From an uncultured bacterium (GTDB taxonomy: Bacteria > Planctomycetota > Phycisphaerae > Phycisphaerales > SM1A02), in assembly GCA_903961015.1 (NCBI GenBank), contig CAJCCX010000061.1:6105-70104 (forward strand): 64,000 nucleotides of DNA. Direction: 5' to 3'. A model generated the notes under the pieces. That model was given only the letters and a program-made list of their open reading frames with translations, had not been told where the DNA came from and made no database searches. The position numbers and the translations under genes were made by a program. Positions 21,752-31,532 of the stretch are shown one piece after another; the first letter of the stretch is position 1, and each line of letters starts with the position of its first letter.

Positions 21752-23238
21752 TTCAACAGTCCTTCTTGACGGGCAAGTGCCCGAACGGGCGGCCAAAGCA
21801 CCAAGTCTCCAACCGAACCATCCATCGAATGCGTCGCACCGTTGTCATCTTCATGATTTGCGCCAATAGCCCACAACATGCAGCCTGTCGCCCAAACGGG
21901 ACCGTATGGCGTCGAGATCGCTTGACGCGCAGATAAGGCTCGATACTTCAAATGGGGAACCATCTTTGACTTTGCATCAGATTTCTCATATGGATCGAAG
22001 TCGAATCTCTTTGGAATGGAAACAGCGTATGCACGCTCTGGACTCTTCGGCCATGTATTCTTAAAATCTCTGTAATACCCGCATAATCCTGCGGCCACGA
22101 CGGTGCCATTGACCTCGGCAATCACAGCATCTCGCCAAGCAAATGCACGAGCGAGGTCACGAACCATTGTCACCACAATCCCATATTTGATTGGATTTGT
22201 TCGGGATATCTCTGTCGATGTTTTCTGCATAATGGAATCCGGGCGCAGTTTCCAACGGCGCCACCAATCGTCATACACGTTCTCCAACTTTTCCTCACTG
22301 GCTTCAAGCGAACCATGAACAGTTGAAATTCGCCTCCACATCTCTTGCGTTCCAAACGTTTGTAATGGAGCGCCACTCACCTCAAATTGTCCAATGACTT
22401 GTGCAAATTGCTCGGGATCAACATTTCCGCCCGTTGATTTCAATGCTCGATTGAGCACTGCCGCCGCAACGATTTGGTCCCCTTCTGGCATCTGCAATCG
22501 GCGCAGTTTTTCATTGTCTGCTGGCTTCAGAAAAGAGTACTCCTTTAACGCAACTTTCTGCATTAAATCGACCGGAAGTCGATCTAAATTTCCCCACATA
22601 AAATCGCGGTGAATCGAAAGATTTTCCGACAGATTTTCCAGGCCGAACAACTTTTCTTCCAACATGCTTTGCTCGCATACTTGGCGCAGAATTCGCGCAT
22701 ATGCAATACCAACTGCAAAGGCTGCATCAAATTTGCCCGCCTCTCCCAGGCGATACATCTCTGCGGTGGCATAAGCGCCAATTGTTCGAATTGCACGGAA
22801 GTAATTGCAGTTCATGCGCCCATCATTTTTGTCGTCACCAAAAGAAATCGACACCCCTGCCTTCACCCATGCAGGATCGACCCCTTTGGTGCCATATTGC
22901 AAACCAAAGACAGTGGCAAACTGTGCTGCAATCAAGGCCTCTCCCATTGCCGAATTTGCTTGAGCCCACTTGGAAACTTCGCTCCAACGCTCCATCTTGT
23001 TCCAAATTGTTGATTGGTTGAAGTCTTCTCCAATCTCCATCGGCGGCGGTGTCATCTTCAGATATGCGGCGAAGATGAGTGTCGCGCTTCGATCATTTTT
23101 GGCAATATCCTTCAGCGATTTATTTAAGAGCGCAACAACTGCTGAATCCTCGGCTTGGGCAGTTGGGGCAGAGACCAGAGCGAAACCCAGAGCAAAACCA
23201 AGTATCGCATGACGACTGAAAGAAGATAGAAGGTTCAT
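21748..23238 (-). CDS. Hypothetical secreted protein (about 497 aa)
   Basis: Signal peptide MNLLSSFSRHAILGFALGFALVSAPTAQA. Alternative starts are ATG 23244 and GTG 23277. I recognise no family motif. Translationally coupled to trxB. Confidence 0.6.
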   Translation of the reverse strand: MNLLSSFSRHAILGFALGFALVSAPTAQAEDSAVVALLNKSLKDIAKNDRSATLIFAAYLKMTPPPMEIGEDFNQSTIWNKMERWSEVSKWAQANSAMGEALIAAQFATVFGLQYGTKGVDPAWVKAGVSISFGDDKNDGRMNCNYFRAIRTIGAYATAEMYRLGEAGKFDAAFAVGIAYARILRQVCEQSMLEEKLFGLENLSENLSIHRDFMWGNLDRLPVDLMQKVALKEYSFLKPADNEKLRRLQMPEGDQIVAAAVLNRALKSTGGNVDPEQFAQVIGQFEVSGAPLQTFGTQEMWRRISTVHGSLEASEEKLENVYDDWWRRWKLRPDSIMQKTSTEISRTNPIKYGIVVTMVRDLARAFAWRDAVIAEVNGTVVAAGLCGYYRDFKNTWPKSPERAYAVSIPKRFDFDPYEKSDAKSKMVPHLKYRALSARQAISTPYGPVWATGCMLWAIGANHEDDNGATHSMDGSVGDLVLWPPVRALARQEGLLK

Positions 23239-23360
23239 ACACATAGGATTTAGAAGTTTAGCAGACTGTACTTCCACCGTTGCTCGTTACACTCGGTGCT
23301 TCCACGTTTTTCGCAAATACGCTACGCATTCAGTCTAAGAGAAAATTGCAGCCAACAACT

Positions 23361-24698
23361 ATGTCATCACTTCCATTGCCAGAAAAAGTAAACGTCCTCC
23401 TCATCGGTTCTGGAGGACGCGAACATGCAATTGCATGGCGACTTTCGCAATCGACGCATCTTGGAAAACTTTGGGTCGATTCGAATGCGAATGCAGGCTT
23501 GCTTGCATTAGGCTCCGCTTGCCCAGAAGAATTTTCTCTGAAGCGAAAGTATTACCTCGAACGATGGCTCGCACAAGAAAACATTGGGTTCATCATCATT
23601 GGACCAGAAGGCCCGCTTGCCGAAGGAATGGTTGATGCGCTCGAGAATCCAGAAAGACCAATCTTCGGCCCCACAAAAGCTGCTGCGCGATTGGAATGGG
23701 ACAAGGCGTACGCGAAAACTATCATGCGCCAAACATCAATTCCCACTCCAGAAGGCCGTGTTTGCACGACACTCGGAGCAGCACTTGCTTATGTCACTGA
23801 ACGTGACGAACCCTGCGTGGTGAAAGCGACTGGATTGTGCGCGGGCAAAGGCGTGACAGTCTGCAAAGACAAACACGAAGCAATCGCAGCAGTTCGAAAA
23901 TGTATGGAATCAAAAGAATTTGGTGACGCTGGAAATTCGGTCGTCATCGAAGAGAGACTTGAAGGCCAAGAAGTTTCTGTGCTCGCACTCGTTGACGGTC
24001 GCACAATCACTGTGCTCGATACGTGCCAAGATCACAAACAAGTTGGCGAAGGAGACACAGGTCCAAACACTGGCGGAATGGGCGCGTTCTGCCCAACGCC
24101 TCTGTTGAGCGACGCTGATCTTCAAGCCATTGCACGCGATGTTTTCGTCCCAGCGGTCGATGGACTTCGCCGACAGGGAATCGAATTTCGAGGCGTGCTC
24201 TTCGCAGGCTTGATGCTCACGCATGCAGGTCCAAAGGTCCTCGAATTCAACTGTCGATTTGGCGATCCTGAGACTCAAGTTCTCATGGCTCGCTTTCAAG
24301 GTGACTTATTGAAGACCCTTTGGTTGACCGCGACTGGCCGACTCGCCGATGCCGAATTCAGCTTCGACCCACGCACGGCATGCTGCGTGGTGGTCTGCAG
24401 CGAGGGGTATCCTGGCGAGGTCCGTAAGGGACTGCCAATAACTGGGCTTTTACCTCTTTCAAAGGCCACCTCCTCCCAGGCAGGCGCGTTGATGTTTCAC
24501 TCTGGCACCAAGGCCGAAAAGATGGGAAAAATCGTAACAAACGGGGGAAGAGTTTTGGGGCCAACAGCCTTGGGCTCGACATTGGCCGAAGCGACACGCC
24601 TTGCGACGCTCGCAGCGGGTCAAATCACTTTCCCAGGGGCGTTCTTCCGTAAAGACATTGGGCACAGAATCATGAATCAAGTTCAAACTGCCAAATAA
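23361..24698 (+). CDS. purD: Phosphoribosylamine--glycine ligase
   Basis: Start ATG at 23361 (MSSLPLPEKVNVLLIGSGGREHAIAWRL). ATP-grasp motifs (VVKATGLCAGKGV, EFNCRFGDPE) and a PurD C-domain. Confidence 0.95.
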   Translation: MSSLPLPEKVNVLLIGSGGREHAIAWRLSQSTHLGKLWVDSNANAGLLALGSACPEEFSLKRKYYLERWLAQENIGFIIIGPEGPLAEGMVDALENPERPIFGPTKAAARLEWDKAYAKTIMRQTSIPTPEGRVCTTLGAALAYVTERDEPCVVKATGLCAGKGVTVCKDKHEAIAAVRKCMESKEFGDAGNSVVIEERLEGQEVSVLALVDGRTITVLDTCQDHKQVGEGDTGPNTGGMGAFCPTPLLSDADLQAIARDVFVPAVDGLRRQGIEFRGVLFAGLMLTHAGPKVLEFNCRFGDPETQVLMARFQGDLLKTLWLTATGRLADAEFSFDPRTACCVVVCSEGYPGEVRKGLPITGLLPLSKATSSQAGALMFHSGTKAEKMGKIVTNGGRVLGPTALGSTLAEATRLATLAAGQITFPGAFFRKDIGHRIMNQVQTAK

Positions 24699-24824
24699 TT
24701 CCTTACTTTTACAATCAAATCTAGAACTCTTCTCGTATTATCCATGTCTATCAATAAAATAAAAATGGACTCGTCCCTTTCAAAGTTTCAATCCGAACCA
24801 ACTCATAGGAGTTTGACTTAAACA

Positions 24825-27800
24825 ATGCGCTTCTTCACAATTATCTCCCTGTCGATTGGACTCTTTTTCTTGGCTACTTCTGCTGTTGTTGCTGATCGAA
24901 CTCAGAGCGTCTCAAGCAAGGTCTCAAGCAAGGTCTCAAGCAAGGGTGACGTACAAAAGAGCACGAATACGGCTGCTGCGGGAATTCAGATAGCCCCCCA
25001 AAGTGATCTAAAGAGTGAGCCAAAGAGTGATCCAAAGAGCCTCGTTATGCCCGTCAATCCGAAGACTGGCGCCTCTATTGCTACCGGCAAGATAGTCGTG
25101 CAGTTTCAGTCTGAAGTCGAAATGCGAGCGAACAGGGCAGCCGGAACTGATTTATTCAGCGCGAAAGGAAACGATGCCCTGCCTGTAACTGCTTTGATCA
25201 CCAAGTACGGAGCAACGATTCGACAAGCCATTGATCTCGACCCTCGAATCTTGGATGAACTGCGTTCTCAGGCGCAACTCAAGACACGAAAGCCGGCAAT
25301 TGATCTTGCTGGCATGATGTACATCGAAGGAATTGAACCGAGTCAACTTGTTTCAGCTGCCCGAGAATTCCTGATGCTCCCAGATGTGCTTTGGGTTGAT
25401 ATTGAGAAAAAGATTAAGGTTGCTGGTGGCGACCCTGTAAAAGTTAACTATTGCGATGCGTGTGGACAAGGGGATGATTGCTTTAGTGCAGGATGCGACT
25501 TTCCCCATGTTGATATTGTCGCAGCTCCGCCAACACCCCAAGGCGGCACTCTTGGTGTAGCAGTTCCTCCTGAGATACCTCCGAGTGTTGGATATTGCTC
25601 CGACGCAGGTGTCTGTACCACAGTCAACACAATTCGACCAGGATGTGCTTTGATTTGGGATGAAGTCTGCGCCTCATACGCCATGCTCATCGGAAATTCA
25701 CAGTGGAGCGGAGCAAGCGGCCAATATGACACTTGCCTCTCAACAGTTCAGCCTCCCCCGCCAGGAAATTGGCCTGAATGGAGCCCTATTCAGGCGTCTA
25801 TTGTCCTGCAGTCATCACCTTTTTTATCTCACCCTCTTGTTGGTTCCGCCACTTCGGCTTGTTGTTCAGAAATCTGCTTTATTGACACTTCATGCTGCAC
25901 ACTCGAATGGGATCAAATTTGTACTCAATGGGCATTTGGACAAACGAGTTGCTACGAAACAACAAATTTCATAAGTAATGCGCCACCAACACCATCTTCG
26001 GGTGGGAATCCTTTTTTCCCAAACTCACAAGAAGTTTCGCCTCTCTACGACCCGCGAATGCTCTTGGTAAGCGACCTCATTCCTATGCCACTGACTGCGC
26101 CGGTCCCAGTGGCTGGCGGAATTGCGGCAATTGGAAGCGCGCCACTTGCTTTATACACAACATTCGACAGACAAATCCCACCAACTTCTGCTCCTGGCGG
26201 ACCAGCACCAAAACCGGCCTTCGACACCTTCCAGCGAGTCACCGGATTTCGTGCTGGCGGACTCGATATCGCCCGATTCACATCTTTTCTCCAGCTCGTC
26301 AATGGCGGAAATGGACTTGATGTTCTGAAAAATATTAAAGTCGCGTTGATTGAACCAAGCGCCCTTGTGAATCACGAAGACCTTTGCCCTAATGGCTTGG
26401 GTACCCCATCTAAAATCATTTTGGAATCTGGCCAGACACCAATTGTTTCCAACGCTCCCCAAGGCGAACAAAACTTGTACCCCTCGGATACAGAGCACGG
26501 AACCGCAAGCCTTGGAGTCCTCTTCGCTGTTGACAACACGATCGGCGTTACAGGAGTAGTGCCGACTGTGCAGCCTTACTTCTATCCAACGGAGACCTTT
26601 GAAAATCCAGGGAGAATTTTGACTGCGATCGCAAATGCTGTTGCAAACTTGATTACGCCAACAACCCTAGACCCAAATCCTGGGAATGTGATCGTCATGC
26701 CTGTTGTGACCTTCGATGACCAACCGATTACAACCCAACTCGCGGCTGGGAATTTGATTGCTTTAGGCATTGCATCCGGTGTGACATTTGTTGTCTCTGC
26801 AGGCAACAACGCTGAAGAAGCCATTGCGAGCCAAATCCCTGGCACTGAAAATGCAATTGTTGTTGGAGGAGTTTTCCCAGGCATTCCAAACGATACTGGA
26901 CTTCAGGGCCTAAATGGCCAAGCAGTTCTAGGACAAAAAACTTTCTACCCTGGCTCTTCATACTCTCGATGCCCGGTGAGCAATTATTCAACTGCTGCTG
27001 CTGCTGCTGGAGGAACAGTTACTGTTTCTGGTTGGGGTGAGGGTGTTTGCACTCTGGGTTACGGCAATCTGTTTTGCGGAGTAAATGCTCCGCTTACTAC
27101 ATCGAATGCTCAGGTCAATGCCTATTCGACGAACCGACTTCGAACATACACAGGTACTTGGGCCGGAACAAGCCCAGCAACAGCCCAGATTGGAGGCGTT
27201 GTTGCATTGATACAAGCTTTTTCAAAGACTGCATTTGAACTGCCGCTCACTCCACAGCAAATGCACGATTTGCTTGCGAATGTCAATAACGACCAAAGTG
27301 TATTCCCACAGTCGGGTCTTGCCGCCCCAACGTCCTTTGGCGTTGCAGAATTTGGAGACACACTTGGCCCAGGTGAAGGGACGACTGCGTATGTCGGTGG
27401 ATTTCCAAATCTGCTTCAAATGGCAAGAAATGTGCAGACAGCAGGCGGCGGAACAACCATCGATCCAGAAAGCCTGAATGTTTCGCTTGTCTGCGGAGTT
27501 CCAATTACGGCAGTCACGCCGCTCAGTATCGCGGACATCGACCAAAAGTACCTTAAAGCTAGAACGGCTAGACCAGGATCGGGATCTTCTGGGCTTGGGC
27601 CACGTGTCTTTTACCCATCTGGAAATAGAATTCTTGACATTCAGGTGATTAAGGCTCTAAGCGTCACCAGTCCAAAAGAAATCTATCGGCTTGGATTATC
27701 CGTCACAGGGCTCACCATTTCAACAAGCAGTTCTTACGTCCTTGCATTCATCTACAACCCTGTAACGAATCGGTGGGGTTTTATGCCTCCATACCTTCAA

Positions 27801-28010
27801 AACCTAACTGGTGTTCCGATCCCGCTAAATTTTACGCTCCCTTGCGGTTATAACCCCGCGGATTTTGTTTATTACAACTCTGGAACTCCATCAGTTGCGG
27901 TCAGAATTGTGATGCTCCCATTTGGTGGGCTTGGTCAATCGACCATATGGATCGACCAAATTGATGTTCGCTACAACGATCCGTTGATTAACGTCACCGA
28001 TTGTCAATGA
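24825..28010 (+). CDS. Secreted subtilase (peptidase S8)-like multidomain protein, 1061 aa
   Basis: Signal peptide, then Ser/Lys repeats, a propeptide-like region, Cys-rich modules and an S8 core: His motif TEHGTASLGV, Asn motif VSAGNN, Ser motif GTSPATAQIGGVVAL. The expected Asp motif reads VALIEPS. AGGAG SD upstream. Confidence 0.75.
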   Translation: MRFFTIISLSIGLFFLATSAVVADRTQSVSSKVSSKVSSKGDVQKSTNTAAAGIQIAPQSDLKSEPKSDPKSLVMPVNPKTGASIATGKIVVQFQSEVEMRANRAAGTDLFSAKGNDALPVTALITKYGATIRQAIDLDPRILDELRSQAQLKTRKPAIDLAGMMYIEGIEPSQLVSAAREFLMLPDVLWVDIEKKIKVAGGDPVKVNYCDACGQGDDCFSAGCDFPHVDIVAAPPTPQGGTLGVAVPPEIPPSVGYCSDAGVCTTVNTIRPGCALIWDEVCASYAMLIGNSQWSGASGQYDTCLSTVQPPPPGNWPEWSPIQASIVLQSSPFLSHPLVGSATSACCSEICFIDTSCCTLEWDQICTQWAFGQTSCYETTNFISNAPPTPSSGGNPFFPNSQEVSPLYDPRMLLVSDLIPMPLTAPVPVAGGIAAIGSAPLALYTTFDRQIPPTSAPGGPAPKPAFDTFQRVTGFRAGGLDIARFTSFLQLVNGGNGLDVLKNIKVALIEPSALVNHEDLCPNGLGTPSKIILESGQTPIVSNAPQGEQNLYPSDTEHGTASLGVLFAVDNTIGVTGVVPTVQPYFYPTETFENPGRILTAIANAVANLITPTTLDPNPGNVIVMPVVTFDDQPITTQLAAGNLIALGIASGVTFVVSAGNNAEEAIASQIPGTENAIVVGGVFPGIPNDTGLQGLNGQAVLGQKTFYPGSSYSRCPVSNYSTAAAAAGGTVTVSGWGEGVCTLGYGNLFCGVNAPLTTSNAQVNAYSTNRLRTYTGTWAGTSPATAQIGGVVALIQAFSKTAFELPLTPQQMHDLLANVNNDQSVFPQSGLAAPTSFGVAEFGDTLGPGEGTTAYVGGFPNLLQMARNVQTAGGGTTIDPESLNVSLVCGVPITAVTPLSIADIDQKYLKARTARPGSGSSGLGPRVFYPSGNRILDIQVIKALSVTSPKEIYRLGLSVTGLTISTSSSYVLAFIYNPVTNRWGFMPPYLQNLTGVPIPLNFTLPCGYNPADFVYYNSGTPSVAVRIVMLPFGGLGQSTIWIDQIDVRYNDPLINVTDCQ
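24909..24944 (+). repeat. In-frame 12-bp tandem repeat x3 (GTCTCAAGCAAG), encoding (VSSK)3
   Basis: Three perfect consecutive copies at 24909-24920, 24921-24932 and 24933-24944, just after the signal peptide of the subtilase-like gene. Confidence 0.9.
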
Positions 28011-28723
28011 ATCTCATCGAAATTGATCCCTCTCAGTCACTCTCGGGTTGGATCTCCCCACTCCTGCAAGCACATCAAATCCCTCATTGGTTTTCCAAAC
28101 GAGATCCACCCGATTCGAATTGGATCGCACAGCGCCTTGGCTCGCAAAGCGCGCGCGCAGCACGAGTGAAGCAAGTGCATGGATCAAAGTGTGTCGACGC
28201 ATCCGAGTGTGAGAGCGACCCTCTGCAACTTGCAGATGCGATCATCACCAATGATCCTCTGATTGTGCCAATTATCTCGACCGCCGATTGCTGCCCTGTG
28301 CTCGTGGTTTGCTTGAAATCCAAATCCTGTGCAGCTATTCATGCTGGATGGAGAGGCATCGCCCTGGACATTGTTGGAGAATCGCTGCAAGAACTCGTCG
28401 ATCGATTTGGGGCCGACCCCAAACAGATGATTGCCGCGATCGGGCCTTGTGCGAGCGTCGAGCGGTATGAGGTCGGCGAAGATGTCATAGACGCCTTCAC
28501 CCAGCAAGGGCTCAGCGAGGCTCTGCGTTCTTCTCCTTCTGCGCACAAAGCGTTTGCAAATTGCTCTGATGCCGTGCGAATCTTGCTCCAACGTTCTGGA
28601 ATGCAGCGGAATTTCATCGAATCCAATCCTCCCTGCACAATTGGTGACGCCACATTTGCAAGCCATCGCCGCGAGCCAGAAAATAAAGTTCGGATGCTCT
28701 CTGGTGTTGCGATCCCGAGATAA
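28007..28723 (+). CDS. pgeF: Peptidoglycan editing factor PgeF / YfiH (DUF152, laccase-domain) family protein
   Basis: QVHGS, ADAIIT, TADCCPVL and HAGWRG motifs. The ATG at 28007 overlaps the upstream TGA as ATGA. The track start at 28001 is TTG. Confidence 0.85.
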   Translation: MNLIEIDPSQSLSGWISPLLQAHQIPHWFSKRDPPDSNWIAQRLGSQSARAARVKQVHGSKCVDASECESDPLQLADAIITNDPLIVPIISTADCCPVLVVCLKSKSCAAIHAGWRGIALDIVGESLQELVDRFGADPKQMIAAIGPCASVERYEVGEDVIDAFTQQGLSEALRSSPSAHKAFANCSDAVRILLQRSGMQRNFIESNPPCTIGDATFASHRREPENKVRMLSGVAIPR

Positions 28724-28795
28724 TTCCGATGCACTCTCGAATCGCAACCCGCTTGTCTGAGGCATTCCTAATCGATTGATACACTTCCAATCCTT

Positions 28796-28886
28796 GGACA
28801 GGTGGCCGAGCGGTTGAAGGCGTCGGTTTGCTAAACCGATGTAGGGGCTTATACCCCTACCGTGGGTTCGAATCCCGCCCTGTCCG
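28796..28886 (+). tRNA. tRNA-Ser (anticodon GCU)
   Basis: Acceptor GGACAGG/CCTGTCC plus discriminator G. Anticodon arm TCGGT-TTGCTAA-ACCGA. Long class II variable arm. T-arm GTGGG-TTCGAAT-CCCGC. Confidence 0.92.
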
Positions 28887-28920
28887 TTTTCTTGTGTTTG
28901 ACGGAAATGTTTGAAATTCC

Positions 28921-29589
28921 ATGGATGGCTTGATCGAACAACTTCCTCGACTTTTCACAGAGCTGGATGTTTTCCTGACTGAAGTTGTTCAGGGTGCGGG
29001 GCCATGGTCGTATGCACTTCTATTCTTGATCATCTTCTGCGAAACAGGGTTGGTCATCCTTCCGTTTCTTCCAGGTGATAGTTTACTTTTCGCAGTTGGA
29101 GCAATCTGCGCGCGTCGCATCGGACTCGATCCCTGGATGTGCGGAGCTGTGATTTTCGTCGCGGCAGTTTTTGGAGATTTTGTCAATTACCACATCGGAA
29201 AATGGATTGGACCCCGTGCATTTTCAGGCAATATTCCTCTTTTGCGAGTTGCGCATCTTGAGAGAACAAGAGAGTTCTTCCAACGACATGGACCCAAGGC
29301 TGTGGTCTTGGCACGATTCGTTCCCATCGTTCGCACCTTCGCTCCTTTTTTCGCAGGAATTGGCGTCATGCGATTTCGAACATTCCAGTTTTATAATGTG
29401 ACCGGTGCCTTTCTTTGGGTGATTCTTCTGGTGGGCGCTGGATTTCTTTTTGGAGAAATTCCGATTGTCAAACGCAATTTCGAAACTGTCGTGATCGCAA
29501 TCGTGATCATTTCCGTTCTGCCCATCGTGATCGAATGGTGGCGAATGCGCCTTAGCTCTCGCAAAGTCGATAGAATTCCAAATCCATGA
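28921..29589 (+). CDS. DedA/VTT-family inner membrane protein
   Basis: 222 aa and polytopic. PFLPGDSLLFAVGA and ARFVPIVRTFAPFFAG are DedA hallmarks. Confidence 0.85.
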   Translation: MDGLIEQLPRLFTELDVFLTEVVQGAGPWSYALLFLIIFCETGLVILPFLPGDSLLFAVGAICARRIGLDPWMCGAVIFVAAVFGDFVNYHIGKWIGPRAFSGNIPLLRVAHLERTREFFQRHGPKAVVLARFVPIVRTFAPFFAGIGVMRFRTFQFYNVTGAFLWVILLVGAGFLFGEIPIVKRNFETVVIAIVIISVLPIVIEWWRMRLSSRKVDRIPNP

Positions 29590-30803
29590 AAATCCACGAA
29601 TTTCAAGCTCGTCAGTTACTCTCGAATGTCGGAATCACAGTCCCCTCCGGAAAGATGGTCACGACAGTTGAAGAGGCGCACGTTGCAGCAAGATCCCTCT
29701 TCGCATCTGGATCGAAATTGGCGGTCGTCAAGGCGCAAGTGCATGCGGGCGGTCGAGGCAAAGCCGGTTTTGTAAAAGTTGTGAAGTCCATCGACGAAGC
29801 TCTTGCCGCAGCGAAATTCATGCTTGGCAATCGGATGAAAAGTCCACAAACTCCGCCGGAGGGCCTCGAGGTCAATCGGCTCTTGATCGCTGATGCAGTT
29901 GATATTGCACACGAGTTTTATGTTGCCGTCTTGGTTGACCGTGCGAATCGCACCAATACCCTCATCGCCAGTGCAGAAGGCGGAGTTGAAATTGAAAAAG
30001 TCGCAGAGACGCGTCCTGAAGCGATCATCAGAATTCCCCTCGATCCAGTTGCTGGGCTGCAGCCTTTTCAAGCCCGTAAAGTTGCGCTGGCACTTGGATT
30101 CAAAGGCAAAGCAATTGCGCAAGCGATCAGTGTCTTCACAAAACTGAGCGCACTGCAGCGCACCACGGATGCGAGTTTGGTTGAAGTCAATCCGCTTGTG
30201 TTGACTCCTGCAACCGACGTGCATCCAGATGGGCAAGTGATGGCGATCGATGCGAAGTTTGACTTCGATGACAACGCACTCTTTCGACATCCAGACATCG
30301 CTGCAATGCACGATCCCACTGAAGAAAACGCAGCTGAAATGCGCGCGCAGGAATTTGGACTTTCGTATGTTGCGCTTGATGGCAACATTGGCTGCCTCGT
30401 GAATGGCGCAGGATTGGCGATGAGCACGATGGACATCATAAAATTACACGGCGGAGAACCTGCAAACTTCCTCGACGTCGGCGGAAGCGCCACCGAAGAA
30501 GCCGTCACGGAAGCATTTCGAATCATTCTCAGCGACGATCGTGTCAAAGGAGTTTTGGTCAATATTTTCGGCGGAATCATGCAATGTGACCGCATCGCAC
30601 GGGCCATTGTTGGAGCAGCGCAAACAATTGGTTTCCGTGTGCCACTGGTTGTTCGCCTTGAAGGAACAAATGTCAACGAGGCCAGGCGCATTCTTGATGA
30701 AGCGCGTGTCAACATTCCGACGATGCAATCCGCCACAGACTTGACCGACGCCGCATCGAAGATTGTTGCCGCGGTCGCTGCCGAACCCTGCCATACATCA
30801 TAA
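29586..30803 (+). CDS. sucC: Succinate--CoA ligase (ADP-forming) subunit beta
   Basis: 405 aa. MKIHEFQARQLL N-terminus, an ATP-grasp region, and NIFGGIMQCDRIARAIV. The start overlaps the dedA stop as ATGA. Confidence 0.93.
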   Translation: MKIHEFQARQLLSNVGITVPSGKMVTTVEEAHVAARSLFASGSKLAVVKAQVHAGGRGKAGFVKVVKSIDEALAAAKFMLGNRMKSPQTPPEGLEVNRLLIADAVDIAHEFYVAVLVDRANRTNTLIASAEGGVEIEKVAETRPEAIIRIPLDPVAGLQPFQARKVALALGFKGKAIAQAISVFTKLSALQRTTDASLVEVNPLVLTPATDVHPDGQVMAIDAKFDFDDNALFRHPDIAAMHDPTEENAAEMRAQEFGLSYVALDGNIGCLVNGAGLAMSTMDIIKLHGGEPANFLDVGGSATEEAVTEAFRIILSDDRVKGVLVNIFGGIMQCDRIARAIVGAAQTIGFRVPLVVRLEGTNVNEARRILDEARVNIPTMQSATDLTDAASKIVAAVAAEPCHTS

Positions 30804-30808
30804 GAATT

Positions 30809-31495
30809 ATGCTCATCCTGTTTGACATCGATGGAACGTTGCTGCGCACCGAGGGTGCTGGCATGAGTGCGATGCTCGCAACGGCGCATGAACTTTTCCC
30901 AACGAAGACATTTTCATTTGATGGCATTTCAATTTCAGGCCGGCTTGATCGTTTGATTTGGCGCGATCTCATGACGCGAGGCGGCGTCGAACCAACCAAC
31001 GAGATTCACGAAGTCTTTCGCGAAAATTATGGCGCGCATCTGCGACGAGGCTTCTCGCAGAATTCGCGTGCACACGCTTTGGCAGGCGCACAAGAATTGG
31101 TTGATGCGCTCCACGCGCAGAGTGGACTGGGACTCGGTCTGCTCACTGGAAATTATGAACACACGGGCCGCCTGAAAGTTGAACAGGCGGGATTTTCTCT
31201 CGAACCATTCCAACACAACGCGTGGGCCGATGATGGCGATCATCGGCGTGAACTGCCGCCAGTCGCCATGCAGCGATACAACGAGAAAATGGGTCGCGAT
31301 ATTGACACTTCCAGAGTGATTGTGATCGGCGATACGCCTTTGGATGTGGACTGCGCGCATTTCAACGGATGTTTGGCGATTGCGGTGGCGACTGGCAATC
31401 ATCCAATCGCAGAATTAGAAACCCACAATCCTGATTTACTGGTTTCTGGGCTCGATGATTGGCAACGAATCGCTTCGTGGATTACCAGTCGGTAA
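30809..31495 (+). CDS. HAD-superfamily hydrolase (phosphoglycolate phosphatase-like)
   Basis: 228 aa. Motif I LFDIDGTLL, motif II LLTGN, motif IV IGDTPLD. Confidence 0.8.
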   Translation: MLILFDIDGTLLRTEGAGMSAMLATAHELFPTKTFSFDGISISGRLDRLIWRDLMTRGGVEPTNEIHEVFRENYGAHLRRGFSQNSRAHALAGAQELVDALHAQSGLGLGLLTGNYEHTGRLKVEQAGFSLEPFQHNAWADDGDHRRELPPVAMQRYNEKMGRDIDTSRVIVIGDTPLDVDCAHFNGCLAIAVATGNHPIAELETHNPDLLVSGLDDWQRIASWITSR

Positions 31496-31532
31496 TTTCC
31501 CCCTAGCGCGCACGAGACTTACCCTTTCTTGT

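Noticed and set aside
24909-25035. Short tandem DNA repeats considered as CRISPR-like or satellite elements (also 39852-39896 and 48062-48106)
   Set aside because: All are in frame within coding regions. Their units are 12-15 bp with no spacers, so they are coding low-complexity repeats and not CRISPR arrays.
30068-30889. 273-aa minus-strand ORF over sucC
   Set aside because: It is antisense to sucC. Its Ser/Ala/Arg-rich product has no motif.
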